Origin: an uncultured Bacteroidota bacterium
GTDB taxonomy: Bacteria > Bacteroidota > Bacteroidia > Bacteroidales > P3
Assembly: GCA_900546465.1 (NCBI GenBank)
Contig: URCX01000001.1
Span: 1 to 35,048, forward strand
DNA length: 35,048 nucleotides
Direction: 5' to 3'
Below the pieces are notes generated by a model. The model saw only the letters and a program-made list of their open reading frames with translations. It was not told the DNA's origin and did no database searches. This document shows, one piece after another, positions 18,611-28,092 of the stretch. The position numbers and the translations under genes are program-made. Each line of letters opens with the position of its first letter. Position 1 is the stretch's first letter.

Positions 18611-19256
18611 TAAGCAAAAAACTATTTCACTTTCCTGCACTGCAACACTTATTCCCTGTGCATAAAAAACGAATGCCCCTTTGGTTTTGGTAATTTATGT
18701 GATGAGGGTGTTGAGCGGGGATATTATGAATTGCTCTTGCTGTTGAGCTGCTTTGGTAAGTTCTTCGGCAAGTGGCTGAGCATTGATGATTTGCGTCAGG
18801 ACTGTATCAGGAAACATCGGTTTGGCGGAAAATCATGCGGCAAGGTGTTTTGAGAAAAAATAATTCGTTGTCCGCATTGCTTGCAAGGGCTTTGCAACTG
18901 ACATCTGTACCCTCTGCGAAGTCGCTTTGACGGAAAGTACTTAATCATGCGTCTGTTGCGTTTTCAAATTCCATGATACTGTCATACATATAAAGCCTTC
19001 CGAAGAATAAAGTCTCGTTTTCATGTAGTTGAATTGTGTAGAGTCTTCAAAAATACGAAATATTCTTATTTGTAATCAGGCTTTTGTGAAAACACATACT
19101 GTTTTGCAGGCAGGGATTGGGGATACTGTCGCCATGCTATATCGATTTGAAAGCAGTGTTCGTTAAATCAATGTGTTGACTTTTTGTTCGGAAGATTGGA
19201 AGCGGAGCAGGGGAGAGACGGTCGGGGGATTGCTTTTTCGGATATTCGGATAAAAG

Positions 19257-19293
19257 AAAAGGGAACGTCGAATTGCTTCCTTCGTTCCCTTTT
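19257..19293 (-). terminator. rho-independent terminator after the M23 peptidase gene
   Basis: aaaagggaacg-(15 nt)-cgttccctttt is an 11-bp stem. On the minus strand it is followed by ttttcttttat. It lies 20 nt past the stop at 19313. Confidence 0.6.
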
Positions 19294-19312
19294 GTATGTC
19301 ATTTTTTGCTGT

Positions 19313-20287
19313 TTATTTCAACCTTATCTTTTGTCCTGCTTTTATGCGGCTACCTTTTATATTGTTGATTTGGGCGAGTTTCTTGACCGTTGTGCCGTTT
19401 CTGCGGGCTATTGCTCCAAGTGTGTCGCCTTTTCTTACGGTATAATATTTTCCTCCCTTGCTTGCTTTTGCTTTGGAGGTATTGCTCGCAAGCTGTCTGT
19501 TGTTTTGGTATGTTCTTCCGCCGTTCTTGAAGTATTCTCTTGTGAGGCGAAGCGTCTCATCTTTGAGCTGGTAGTTTGCAAAGTCGATTACTTTTTCAGG
19601 ATTGATGGCTGCTCCGAGGTATCTTATCTCCAAGTGCAAGTGAGGACCTGTTGAACGTCCCGTACTGCCTCCGAGGCCGAGTACTTCGCCGGCTTTTATT
19701 TCTTGGTTCGGCTTTACATTGATTTTGGAAAGGTGTCCGTAATATGTTTCCAAGCCGTTGTCGTGGCGGATTACGACAAGGTTGCCGTATGCTCCCGCTC
19801 TTTTGGCTATTCTTACCTTTCCGTCGAACATCGACTTGACAGGGTCGCCTGTTCTAAGTCCTATGTCCACTCCATAGTGCCAACGTTTTCTTCGAGGTCC
19901 GAAATGCGATGTTATCCTTCCCTCGTACGGGCAGGCATAATATTGCTTCTTATTGTTGTTGACCATCTTTACGACTATCGGTTCGGTGATATTGGTGTAG
20001 TCGAATTTCTTTTGGTAGTAGTGTATGGAGTTATTGTCGAAGGAGGCGTAGAGTATATCGTCTTCGCTCTCGGCTGCGGCATCGTCTTCTATGCTGTTAT
20101 TTGCGAATTGTATGAATGAGCTTTGGAATTTGGCTGTATCGTTGACTATACCTATCGTATAGCTTGAACTTTCCGTTTCTACATTCGTACGGTTTCTCAT
20201 CATTCCTCTTTCATGCACTTGTGCGTTTAATGCAAAAGGCACAACTACGCATGCAAGTAGGCTTATCTTTTTTGTTTTATTGAACAT
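19313..20287 (-). CDS. M23-family metallopeptidase with C-terminal LysM domain
   Basis: The signal peptide is MFNKTKKISLLACVVVPFALNAQ. M23 motifs are HYGVDIG and GSTGRSTGPHLHLEIR. The LysM domain is YYTVRKGDTLGAIARRNGTTVKKLAQINNI. The start is trimmed from 20389 because a -7 box lies at 20360-20367. Confidence 0.85.
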   Translation of the reverse strand: MFNKTKKISLLACVVVPFALNAQVHERGMMRNRTNVETESSSYTIGIVNDTAKFQSSFIQFANNSIEDDAAAESEDDILYASFDNNSIHYYQKKFDYTNITEPIVVKMVNNNKKQYYACPYEGRITSHFGPRRKRWHYGVDIGLRTGDPVKSMFDGKVRIAKRAGAYGNLVVIRHDNGLETYYGHLSKINVKPNQEIKAGEVLGLGGSTGRSTGPHLHLEIRYLGAAINPEKVIDFANYQLKDETLRLTREYFKNGGRTYQNNRQLASNTSKAKASKGGKYYTVRKGDTLGAIARRNGTTVKKLAQINNIKGSRIKAGQKIRLK

Positions 20288-20359
20288 ATTTTCCACTTTT
20301 CCTCTTTGCGAACTTCCTCTTTCCGTTTCGCAATACTTTTCCTTTGTTTTTTCGAGCGA

Positions 20360-20367
20360 CAAAGGTA
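20360..20367 (-). promoter_or_regulatory. Bacteroidota -7 box TAccTTTG
   Basis: The minus strand reads cgTAccTTTGtcg about 73 nt upstream of the ATG at 20287. Confidence 0.4.
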
Positions 20368-20432
20368 CGAAAATATTTTGGTCTCTCAAACTTTTTTCCG
20401 TTTTTTTCGTGCCGTTTCGTCTTTTTCTGTGG

Positions 20433-22013
20433 TTAATTATTGCGGTGTGCCGGTTTCAAAAGGTCGTTGAGGGTTTTGACGGGATTAAAGTATTCTATGG
20501 GTGTTTCAACGAAGATACTGATCCATTTTGCCATTGCTCCGTTCCATAATCCCGGCTTCTCCTGTATTTTTATCTTAGAGGAGTGTTGTGTTTTGACGGA
20601 TATGAAACCAGCCGAAGGGTCTATGAAGTCGTTCAAGCGGAATTTCTCTCCTTTATAGTCCTTTATGCTGCAAACGATGTCCACAGGATTGAAGTGGGTA
20701 GAGGATTGCAAGATTGCGTTCTGCTTTTCGTCTTCAAGTTTCAACTGTGCTTTCTCCACTATTTGGAGACTTATGTTCCCGTCTCGGTCTTCCACCCAAA
20801 AAGGTCCCCCTCCCGGTTCTCCTTCGTTCTTAACCATGGAGCATATTCGTATCGGACGATTAAGTCGGTCGAAGAGATAATTTGCGTATTCCTCATTATC
20901 GGCGAAGTCGTTGCGGTTTTGCAGATGCAGATGCAGTTTTGAGTTGCATAGCTCTTCTGCACGGACTGTTGTTTCCGTATTGTGCTTATCGGATTGCAAG
21001 AGTTGCAAAACGCAGTCGATTTCCCGCTTCAATTTTACCAGCATTCCGCCGAGCATTTTCTTGTACTGCATATCGCCTTGCTTCAATCTGTCTGTCTCGA
21101 CATTGTCTATATTTTTGATATATATGATGTCGGCATTCGTTTCCTGCAAATTTTCAATCAATGCTCCGTGTCCGGCAGGGCGGAAGATGAGTTCGCCTTC
21201 TTCATTTCTTGCAGGAGTGTTGTCGAGTTGCACGGCTATGGTGTCGGTGGAGGGTTTCTGGAAGCTGAGTTTTATATCGAATTTCGTATTGTAGCTTTGC
21301 TCGTAATAAGGCAGCACTTTGGCAAGAAGACGACTGACTTTGTCGTAATGAGCAGGCGAAATGGTGAAATGCAATGAGGCTTTTCCGTCTTTGTTCCTGC
21401 AATAGCTTGCGGCTTCAACAAGGTGTTCCTCCATTGCTGTGCGGGCTGCATCCTTGTATTTATGGAACAGTATCAGTGCTTTGGGACTTTGCCCGTAGTC
21501 CAAGCCGTCGGCATTCAATATGTTTTCGACTATTCGGGAATAGAAGGCTTTATCCTCGCAGCGGAAAGGCGTTTCAAAAAAATAATCCGCCGAAAAAATT
21601 TCACCAAACGCCTTTATGTTTTTTTCTTTCAGCCTTTCGTAAAGCTCTTGTGCAAAGGCAAATTCACCAATATGTCTTATGGTTCGTTCTGCTGCGGGAA
21701 AGTCTTCGAGATTGCTTGTTTCGGGAGAATATTTCTCCAAGAACTCATACAAATCCTTGAACATACGGCTCGCAGCTCCTGAGGCAGGAACGAATTTGGC
21801 TGTTTCAAGGTAGTCGGTACGTTGCTCGAAGAGTTCTATGCAGTGTTTCATGGTTTGCTCTTCGAGTTTTTCTATGCCGTTGTTTATTCCTGCTGCTTCG
21901 ACAGCCTTTGTCGGAGGAAATCCCTTGGCGAAATTTTCGAGCTGTTGCTCGATAAGATTAAGGTTCAGACCGTGAGCCTCTATTTGTTTGATGTCCTTTT
22001 GAGAAAAATTCAT
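20433..22013 (-). CDS. DUF4301-family protein (uncharacterised; nucleotidyltransferase-like)
   Basis: The N-terminus MNFSQKDIKQIEAHGLNLNLIEQQLENFAKGFP...KFVPASGAASRMFK, and the length of about 526 aa, match my recollection of Bacteroidota DUF4301 proteins. The track start at 22022 is a TTG, and the ATG at 22011-22013 is preferred. Confidence 0.6.
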   Translation of the reverse strand: MNFSQKDIKQIEAHGLNLNLIEQQLENFAKGFPPTKAVEAAGINNGIEKLEEQTMKHCIELFEQRTDYLETAKFVPASGAASRMFKDLYEFLEKYSPETSNLEDFPAAERTIRHIGEFAFAQELYERLKEKNIKAFGEIFSADYFFETPFRCEDKAFYSRIVENILNADGLDYGQSPKALILFHKYKDAARTAMEEHLVEAASYCRNKDGKASLHFTISPAHYDKVSRLLAKVLPYYEQSYNTKFDIKLSFQKPSTDTIAVQLDNTPARNEEGELIFRPAGHGALIENLQETNADIIYIKNIDNVETDRLKQGDMQYKKMLGGMLVKLKREIDCVLQLLQSDKHNTETTVRAEELCNSKLHLHLQNRNDFADNEEYANYLFDRLNRPIRICSMVKNEGEPGGGPFWVEDRDGNISLQIVEKAQLKLEDEKQNAILQSSTHFNPVDIVCSIKDYKGEKFRLNDFIDPSAGFISVKTQHSSKIKIQEKPGLWNGAMAKWISIFVETPIEYFNPVKTLNDLLKPAHRNN

Positions 22014-22038
22014 TCTTGTCAAAAATTAAATGTAAGAA

Positions 22039-22073
22039 ACCGCTCCACGTCATAGGAAACGCCGTGGAGCGGT
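22039..22073 (-). terminator. hairpin terminator after glmS
   Basis: accgctccacg-(13 nt)-cgtggagcggt is an 11-bp GC-rich stem. On the minus strand it is followed by ttcttacatttaattttt. Confidence 0.55.
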
Positions 22074-22103
22074 CTTTGTTTCTTTTGGTATAATATTTGT
22101 TTG

Positions 22104-23948
22104 CTATTCCACGGTTACCGATTTGGCGAGGTTTCTCGGTTGATCGACATCGCGTCCCTTGGCTATGGCAACGTGATAAGCAAGAAGTTGCAAAGGTATC
22201 ACCGTCAAAAGAGGAGATAAACAGTCAATGGTCTCCGGTATTTCGATGGCGTAATCTGCCAATTTTTTAATCTTGTCGTCGCCCTTGGTTACAACGGCAA
22301 GCACTCTGCCCTTACGGGTTTTCACCTCTTGCACATTGCTCAATATCTTTTCGTAGGAACCGTACTTAGGTGCAATTACCACTACCGGCATTTCTTCATC
22401 TATCAAGGCAATGGGACCGTGCTTCATTTCTGCGGCAGGATAGCCTTCGGCATGAATGTAAGAGATTTCTTTCAGCTTCAATGCACCTTCCAAAGCAACG
22501 GGATAATTGTATCCTCTGCCCAAATAAATGAAGTTCTTTGCGTAGGTGAAGATTTTAGATAGGGCTTCAATCTTATCGGATTGCTCCAATATTTCGTTTA
22601 TTTTGTCGCCTATAGTTTCCAATCCGGTAACTATTTTTTTGTAATCCTCATCGCTTATCGTTCCAAGTTCCTTTCCTATGGTCGCGGCAATCATTATAAG
22701 AACGGCAACCTGCGTTGTGAAAGCTTTGGTCGAGGCAACACCTATTTCGGGGCCTGCATGTGTATAAGTACCTGTCATTGTTGCTCTCGCAATACTGCTG
22801 CCGACAACATTGCATATACCGTATGCAAATGCTCCTTTCTCTTTTGCAAGTTCTATTGCTGCCAAAGTATCTGCCGTTTCACCGGATTGGGAGATGGCAA
22901 TCAGCACATCATCAGGCAATATAACCGGGTTACGATAGCGGAACTCCGAAGCCACTTCCACTTCCACCGGTATTTTGCAGTAAGTCTCGAAAAGATATTT
23001 ACCTATCAGACCTGCATGCCATGAAGTACCGCAGGCAGAGATGAGAATTCTCTTTGCCTTGCGGAAATGCTCTATATTATCTATTATTCCGCTCAATTTG
23101 ATTTCTTGCAAATTCTCGTTAAGACGTCCGTTCATGCACATGGCAAGACTCTTCGGCTGTTCAAAAATCTCTTTCAGCATGAAGTGAGGATAGCCTCCTT
23201 TTTCTATTTCGCTCAAAGAGAATTGCAATTCCTGCACATCATAACGCATCAAAGTGTTTGCAAGGTTTCTTATCTCCAACTGCTTGCCTCTTTCAAGCCT
23301 TGCCACTTCCTCGTCTCCGAGATAAACAACCTTTTTGGTGTACTCTATGATAGGAGAAGCGTCCGAGCCTACCAAAAATTCATTTTCGCCTATACCTATC
23401 ACCAAAGGGCTGCTCTTTCTTGCCACAACCAAAACATCGGGATTGTTTTTCTCGATTACACCTATTGCGTACGCACCTATGACTTGCGATAAAGCATGTT
23501 GAACAGCCTCATAAAGCGAACAAGCATACTTTTTCTTCATATATTCTATAAGTTGTACCAATACTTCGGAGTCGGTCTGGGTTTTGAATGTGAAGCCTTC
23601 GGCTTTCAAAAACTCTTTAATGGCGGAATAGTTCTCTATGATACCGTTATGGATTAAAGCAATCTCCCCGCTCTGTGAGCAATGCGGGTGAGCATTCTTG
23701 TCGCATGGCTCACCGTGAGTTGCCCAACGCGTATGAGCGATACCGATCGTTCCGCTTATATTCTTGCCTTCGCAATAGGCTTCAAGGTTTGCAACTTTTC
23801 CTTTGGTTTTATAGATATGCAATTCATTATCTCGGTCAAGCAATGCCACTCCCGCACTGTCATAACCCCTGTATTCAAGCCTGTGTAAGCCTTCAATCAA
23901 AATAGGGAAAGCTTCTTTCGTTCCAATGTATCCTACAATTCCGCACAT
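22104..23948 (-). CDS. glmS: glutamine--fructose-6-phosphate aminotransferase
   Basis: MCGIVGYIG provides the N-terminal catalytic Cys. Two SIS domains are present and the C-terminus is canonical (LAKSVTVE). 614 aa. Confidence 0.97.
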   Translation of the reverse strand: MCGIVGYIGTKEAFPILIEGLHRLEYRGYDSAGVALLDRDNELHIYKTKGKVANLEAYCEGKNISGTIGIAHTRWATHGEPCDKNAHPHCSQSGEIALIHNGIIENYSAIKEFLKAEGFTFKTQTDSEVLVQLIEYMKKKYACSLYEAVQHALSQVIGAYAIGVIEKNNPDVLVVARKSSPLVIGIGENEFLVGSDASPIIEYTKKVVYLGDEEVARLERGKQLEIRNLANTLMRYDVQELQFSLSEIEKGGYPHFMLKEIFEQPKSLAMCMNGRLNENLQEIKLSGIIDNIEHFRKAKRILISACGTSWHAGLIGKYLFETYCKIPVEVEVASEFRYRNPVILPDDVLIAISQSGETADTLAAIELAKEKGAFAYGICNVVGSSIARATMTGTYTHAGPEIGVASTKAFTTQVAVLIMIAATIGKELGTISDEDYKKIVTGLETIGDKINEILEQSDKIEALSKIFTYAKNFIYLGRGYNYPVALEGALKLKEISYIHAEGYPAAEMKHGPIALIDEEMPVVVIAPKYGSYEKILSNVQEVKTRKGRVLAVVTKGDDKIKKLADYAIEIPETIDCLSPLLTVIPLQLLAYHVAIAKGRDVDQPRNLAKSVTVE

Positions 23949-23988
23949 AATAATCTTTATTTATCTGTCATTATATTTTTACTGCGTG

Positions 23989-23996
23989 CAAAAGTA
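23989..23996 (-). promoter_or_regulatory. Bacteroidota -7 box TActTTTG (glmS)
   Basis: The minus strand reads tgtgTActTTTGcacgc about 41 nt upstream of the glmS ATG. Confidence 0.4.
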
Positions 23997-24072
23997 CACA
24001 AAAAAATAATCTCTCAAAACACTTTCAAGGAGTTTTTTCACAGAAAGCCCGTGCAAAGTCGTGAAAAATTCT

Positions 24073-24080
24073 TACTTTTG
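24073..24080 (+). promoter_or_regulatory. Bacteroidota -7 box TActTTTG (trpS)
   Basis: ttcTActTTTGcagct ends 5 nt before the trpS ATG, implying a very short or absent leader. Confidence 0.4.
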
Positions 24081-24085
24081 CAGCT

Positions 24086-25081
24086 ATGGAAACAATAGTC
24101 AGCGGAATGCGTCCTACGGGTAACTTGCACTTAGGCAGCTACTTCGGAGCGTTAAAGAACTTCATCAGACTTCAAGAAGAAGCAAACTGTTATTTTTTTG
24201 TGGCGGATTATCACTCCCTAACCACTCACCCTAATCCAAAAAACATTCATCAAAACGTCAGAACGGTATTGGCACAGTACGTGGCCTGCGGCTTAAATCC
24301 CGAAAAAGCCACCATATATGTGCAGAGCGAAGTGCCGGAAGTGGTGGAACTGTACATGTATCTTAACATGAACGCCTATTTGGGAGAGTTGGAAAGGGTA
24401 ACATCCTTTAAGGACAAAGTGAGACAAAATCCCAATAACGTTAATGCAGGTTTGCTGACTTACCCTACCTTGATGGCAGCCGATATATTGCTGCATAAAG
24501 CCGATGCCGTACCCGTCGGCAAAGATCAAGAGCAACATTTGGAAATGACACGTACCTTTGCAGCACGCTTCAACCGCATGTACGGGGTGGATTACTTCAA
24601 AGAACCGGTAGCATACAACTTCGGAAACGAATTAGTCAAAGTTCCGGGCTTGGACGGCAGCGGAAAGATGAGCAAAAGCGAAGGTGAAAGTGCCACAATC
24701 TACCTTATAGACGAACCGAGTGTGCTTAAAAAGAAAATAATGCGTGCAAAAACAGACGCAGGTCCCCAAGCACCGAACTCTCCCAAAAGTCCGGAAATAG
24801 AAAACCTCTTTTCACTTCTCCGACTTGTGGGAAAAGAAGAAACGGTCAAGGAATTTGAAGCCCGCTATGCCGATTGCAGCATAAGATACGGCGATTTGAA
24901 GAAACAACTTGCAGAAGATATGGAAGCATTTCTTGCACCTATAAGAGAAAGAATAAAGGAAGTGGAAGCCGATGACATATACCTTTCACGCATAGCAAGA
25001 GAAGGCAGCGAAAAAGCAAGAGAGTCAGCGAGGAAAACCATAAATGAAGTAAGGGAAATCATAGGATTTCACAGCATATAA
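24086..25081 (+). CDS. trpS: tryptophan--tRNA ligase
   Basis: The class I motifs are a HIGH-like sequence (TGNLHLGSY) and KMSKS. 331 aa. Confidence 0.95.
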   Translation: METIVSGMRPTGNLHLGSYFGALKNFIRLQEEANCYFFVADYHSLTTHPNPKNIHQNVRTVLAQYVACGLNPEKATIYVQSEVPEVVELYMYLNMNAYLGELERVTSFKDKVRQNPNNVNAGLLTYPTLMAADILLHKADAVPVGKDQEQHLEMTRTFAARFNRMYGVDYFKEPVAYNFGNELVKVPGLDGSGKMSKSEGESATIYLIDEPSVLKKKIMRAKTDAGPQAPNSPKSPEIENLFSLLRLVGKEETVKEFEARYADCSIRYGDLKKQLAEDMEAFLAPIRERIKEVEADDIYLSRIAREGSEKARESARKTINEVREIIGFHSI

Positions 25082-25132
25082 GCGATAAGAAGAACAGAAA
25101 ACAAAGTGTATAATATCTAAAAAGCGATAAGA

Positions 25133-25873
25133 ATGTCAGGACATAACAAATGGTCAACCATTAAGAGAAAAAAAGGAGCATTGGACAGCAAACGTTCAAA
25201 AATATTCTCCAAAATAATCAAAGATATAACCGTTGCAGTCAAAGAAGGAGGCTCGGACCCTGATTCAAATGCAAGATTGCGTTTGGCAGTAGCCAATGCA
25301 AAGGGAGCCAATATGCCGAAAGACACACTGCAAAGAGCCATCAACAAAGCAGGAGACAAGAACACCGCAGCCTTGCAGGAATTGACTTTCGAGTGTTATG
25401 CCCCTCACGGCATCGCTGTCTTTGTAGAATGCCTTACGGACAACAATAATCGTACCGTGGCAGCAGTTCGCTCCATCTTCAACAAATTCGGCGGAACCAT
25501 GGGAACGAACGGTTCTTTGGGATTTATCTTCCAAAGGAAAGGAGTCTTCCAAATAGCAATAGGAGACAAAAATCCGGACGATTTGGAAATGCAACTGATA
25601 GAAGCAGGAGCCGATGAAATAGAAAGGGAAGACAATTACTTCACCGTATATACAAAGATGGAAGACTTTGCAGCCATGCAGAAAGCATTGGAAGAGGCAA
25701 ACATAGAATGCGAAAGTGCAGAACTCCAAAGAATACCAAATACCACCACCGAACTACCATTGGAAGAAGGCAGGAAAGTGATGAAACTTGTAAATATGTT
25801 GGAAGAAGACGATGATGTACAAGCTGTATATCATACCTTGGAACTTACGGACGAACTATTGGAAGAAGAATAA
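25133..25873 (+). CDS. YebC/PmpR-family transcriptional regulator
   Basis: MSGHNKWSTIKRKKGALDSKRSKIFSKIIKDITVAVKEGGSDPDSNARLR is the canonical YebC N-terminus. Confidence 0.93.
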   Translation: MSGHNKWSTIKRKKGALDSKRSKIFSKIIKDITVAVKEGGSDPDSNARLRLAVANAKGANMPKDTLQRAINKAGDKNTAALQELTFECYAPHGIAVFVECLTDNNNRTVAAVRSIFNKFGGTMGTNGSLGFIFQRKGVFQIAIGDKNPDDLEMQLIEAGADEIEREDNYFTVYTKMEDFAAMQKALEEANIECESAELQRIPNTTTELPLEEGRKVMKLVNMLEEDDDVQAVYHTLELTDELLEEE

Positions 25874-25895
25874 AAAACACATAATCTTATATCTG

Positions 25896-25958
25896 AATAT
25901 CCGCAGGCTCAATCCTCTGCTTGTTAGGGCAATCGAGAGGAGTAAATCTGCGGATATT
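25896..25958 (+). terminator. compound hairpin followed by a T-run after the YebC-family gene
   Basis: aatatccgcag (25896-25906) pairs with ctgcggatatt (25948-25958). The loop contains an inner cctct/agagg stem. A tttt run follows, 22 nt before the rsmI ATG. Confidence 0.45.
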
Positions 25959-25980
25959 TTTACAGTAATAAACAACAAAC

Positions 25981-26649
25981 ATGTTATACCTTGTACCCAC
26001 TCCCATAGGAAACCTTGACGACATGACCGTTAGAGCAGTCAAAACACTGCAAGAGGTAAGTCTTATACTCGCAGAGGATACCCGCACTTCACGACCGTTG
26101 CTCAATCATTTCAACATAACAACCCCTTTGCAGGCACACCACCTCTTTAACGAACATCAAAGCGTCGCCGGCATAGTAGAAAGATTGAAAAGCGGCGAAG
26201 ACATAGCCCTGATAACCGATGCCGGAACCCCTGCAATCTCCGACCCGGGCTTTCTTTTGGTCAGAGAATGCGTAAAAAACAATGTTGAAGTCCGAGCCCT
26301 GCCCGGAGCAACCGCCTTTGTTCCTGCCTTGGTATGTTCGGGACTTCCGGCGGAACGCTTCACCTTTGAAGGCTTCCTGCCGCATAAAAAAGGCAGACAA
26401 TCCAAACTCGAAGCCCTTAAAGAAGAGAAACGCACCATGATATTCTACGAATCTCCCCATAGAATAGGCAAAACCTTGGAACAATTCCGTGAAACCTTCG
26501 GAGACGAGCGACAAGTCAGCATATCCCGTGAAATAAGCAAGAAATTTGAAGAAACCATACGCGGAAGCCTATTCGAACTAAGCAAGCTGTACAAAGACAA
26601 ACAAGCCAAAGGCGAATTTGTCATAGTACTTGCCGGCAAGCAAGACTGA
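25981..26649 (+). CDS. rsmI: 16S rRNA (cytidine1402-2'-O)-methyltransferase
   Basis: MLYLVPTPIGNLDDMTVRAVKTLQEVSLILAEDTR, DAGTPAISDPG and the IFYESPHR motif are present. Confidence 0.92.
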   Translation: MLYLVPTPIGNLDDMTVRAVKTLQEVSLILAEDTRTSRPLLNHFNITTPLQAHHLFNEHQSVAGIVERLKSGEDIALITDAGTPAISDPGFLLVRECVKNNVEVRALPGATAFVPALVCSGLPAERFTFEGFLPHKKGRQSKLEALKEEKRTMIFYESPHRIGKTLEQFRETFGDERQVSISREISKKFEETIRGSLFELSKLYKDKQAKGEFVIVLAGKQD

Positions 26650-26723
26650 AAAACAACTAATCATTCGGCATAACAGGAGTATTGAAATACACCGGCAAAT
26701 AAATTTTAGTCATTTCTTTTAGT

Positions 26724-26758
26724 GAGAAGAGCGAAACGCACATTGGTTCGCTCTTCTC
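26724..26758 (+). terminator. rho-independent terminator after rsmI
   Basis: gagaagagcgaa-(11 nt)-ttcgctcttctc is a 12-bp stem followed by ttttcg. It lies between the convergent rsmI and LRR genes. Confidence 0.6.
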
Positions 26759-26775
26759 TTTTCGTCGAATTTACT

Positions 26776-27834
26776 TTATTCGACTATCAATTTCTTTGTT
26801 GTGTTGCCGAGTATGATGGTATAGGCAGCCTTAGGCAATTCGCCTACGTTTATTTGCAAAGTCTCCTGACCGGCTTTTAGGTCGAATGCTTTCAGTATTC
26901 TGCCGTTGAGGTCAAGGATTTGCAGCAAGGTGTTCTCTTTCAATGCTTCGAACTCCAAGTTCACGAAATTTTTAGCAGGATTGGGGCAAACGGACAGTTC
27001 TTTTGTGCTTACGGTCTCCAATGAGGCACAGTCTTCTCTGATAACACCAATGAAGTATTGTCCCCAAAGCCCGTCGGAAGTGTATGCCTCCAAACTGCCG
27101 CATGGTACCGTTACCGTACAGGAATTCGGAAAAGGAAAAGAACCGCTGCCCATTTGCGGAGGTATTGTTGCCAAGGAAACAACAGTGGTCAAACCGTTAG
27201 AATGACCGAACGCTCCGTCCCCTATGGAGGTTACGCTTTTGCCTATGGTAACAGAGGTCAAAGCACTGCAATCGTCAAAGGCATAATCACCAATGGAAGC
27301 GACTTTATCCGGAACGGTAACCGAAGTCAACCCGCTGCAACCGTTAAAAGTAGAGTTTTCGATGGAAGCAATGCTGTCAGGAATGTTGATGGAAGTCAAT
27401 CCGTTGCAATTCTCAAATGCACTTGCTCCCATACGGGTAAGATTATTCGGGAGAACAATGGAGGTCAAAGCTCTGCAAGCTCCGAATCCGTTCTCTCCTA
27501 TATAGGTAATGCCGCCACCGAGAGACACTGACGCCAAGTCTCTGCAATCATAAAAGGCATTATCTCCGATTTCGGTAACACTGTTTGGAATAATAACCGA
27601 TGTCAATCCGCTTCCGAGGAAGGCAGCAAAACCGATGGCGGTAACGCTATATGTATTGCCGTCATAAATCACGGCAGATGGTATAACTATCTCTCCACTC
27701 GCTTCATTGTTGTCTGCAAGCCTCACAGAGTTGTCATCGATGACCTCATAATTCAATCCTTCGCTTGTGAACGTTTGCGACACAAGCAGATTTGCACACA
27801 ATACGGTGCAAACCAAGAAAAATGCTTTCTTCAT
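26776..27834 (-). CDS. BspA-like leucine-rich-repeat (LRR_5) surface protein with T9SS C-terminal sorting domain
   Basis: The signal peptide is MKKAFFLVCTVLCANLLVSQ. At least six tandem repeats of about 23 aa follow the xVTSIGDxAFxxCxxLTSVxI pattern. The C-terminal LSVCPNPAKNFVNLEF...YTIILGNTTKKLIVE matches the Por_Secre_tail pattern. Confidence 0.8.
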   Translation of the reverse strand: MKKAFFLVCTVLCANLLVSQTFTSEGLNYEVIDDNSVRLADNNEASGEIVIPSAVIYDGNTYSVTAIGFAAFLGSGLTSVIIPNSVTEIGDNAFYDCRDLASVSLGGGITYIGENGFGACRALTSIVLPNNLTRMGASAFENCNGLTSINIPDSIASIENSTFNGCSGLTSVTVPDKVASIGDYAFDDCSALTSVTIGKSVTSIGDGAFGHSNGLTTVVSLATIPPQMGSGSFPFPNSCTVTVPCGSLEAYTSDGLWGQYFIGVIREDCASLETVSTKELSVCPNPAKNFVNLEFEALKENTLLQILDLNGRILKAFDLKAGQETLQINVGELPKAAYTIILGNTTKKLIVE

Positions 27835-27879
27835 ATCTTTTTTATTTTAACCTTTACTTTCATCTCACACCGCCAAAAG

Positions 27880-27928
27880 CCGCAATGCTCCGCCTCCTTC
27901 TCTCCACCAACTCCCGCAATGCTCCGCC
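27880..27928. repeat. 15-nt exact direct repeat ccgcaatgctccgcc x2
   Basis: Copies lie at 27880-27894 and 27914-27928 (34-nt period). They fall between the predicted -7 box and the LRR gene start, within the predicted 5' leader on the minus strand. Confidence 0.8.
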
Positions 27929-27938
27929 ATTCCACTTG

Positions 27939-27946
27939 CAAAAGTA
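27939..27946 (-). promoter_or_regulatory. Bacteroidota -7 box TActTTTG (LRR gene)
   Basis: The minus strand reads cagTActTTTGcaag about 105 nt upstream of the ATG at 27834. Confidence 0.4.
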
Positions 27947-28092
27947 CTGTTTTTCTCTATCCCCGAATATATTACCCACAAAAAAACACAACACACGCAT
28001 ATACAAGGCTTTACATCTTACGAATACAAGTCCGAACACCCATAATCGCAAACAAAACAAAGCATGCGAAGCGAGGAATTCCCTCCTGCTTT

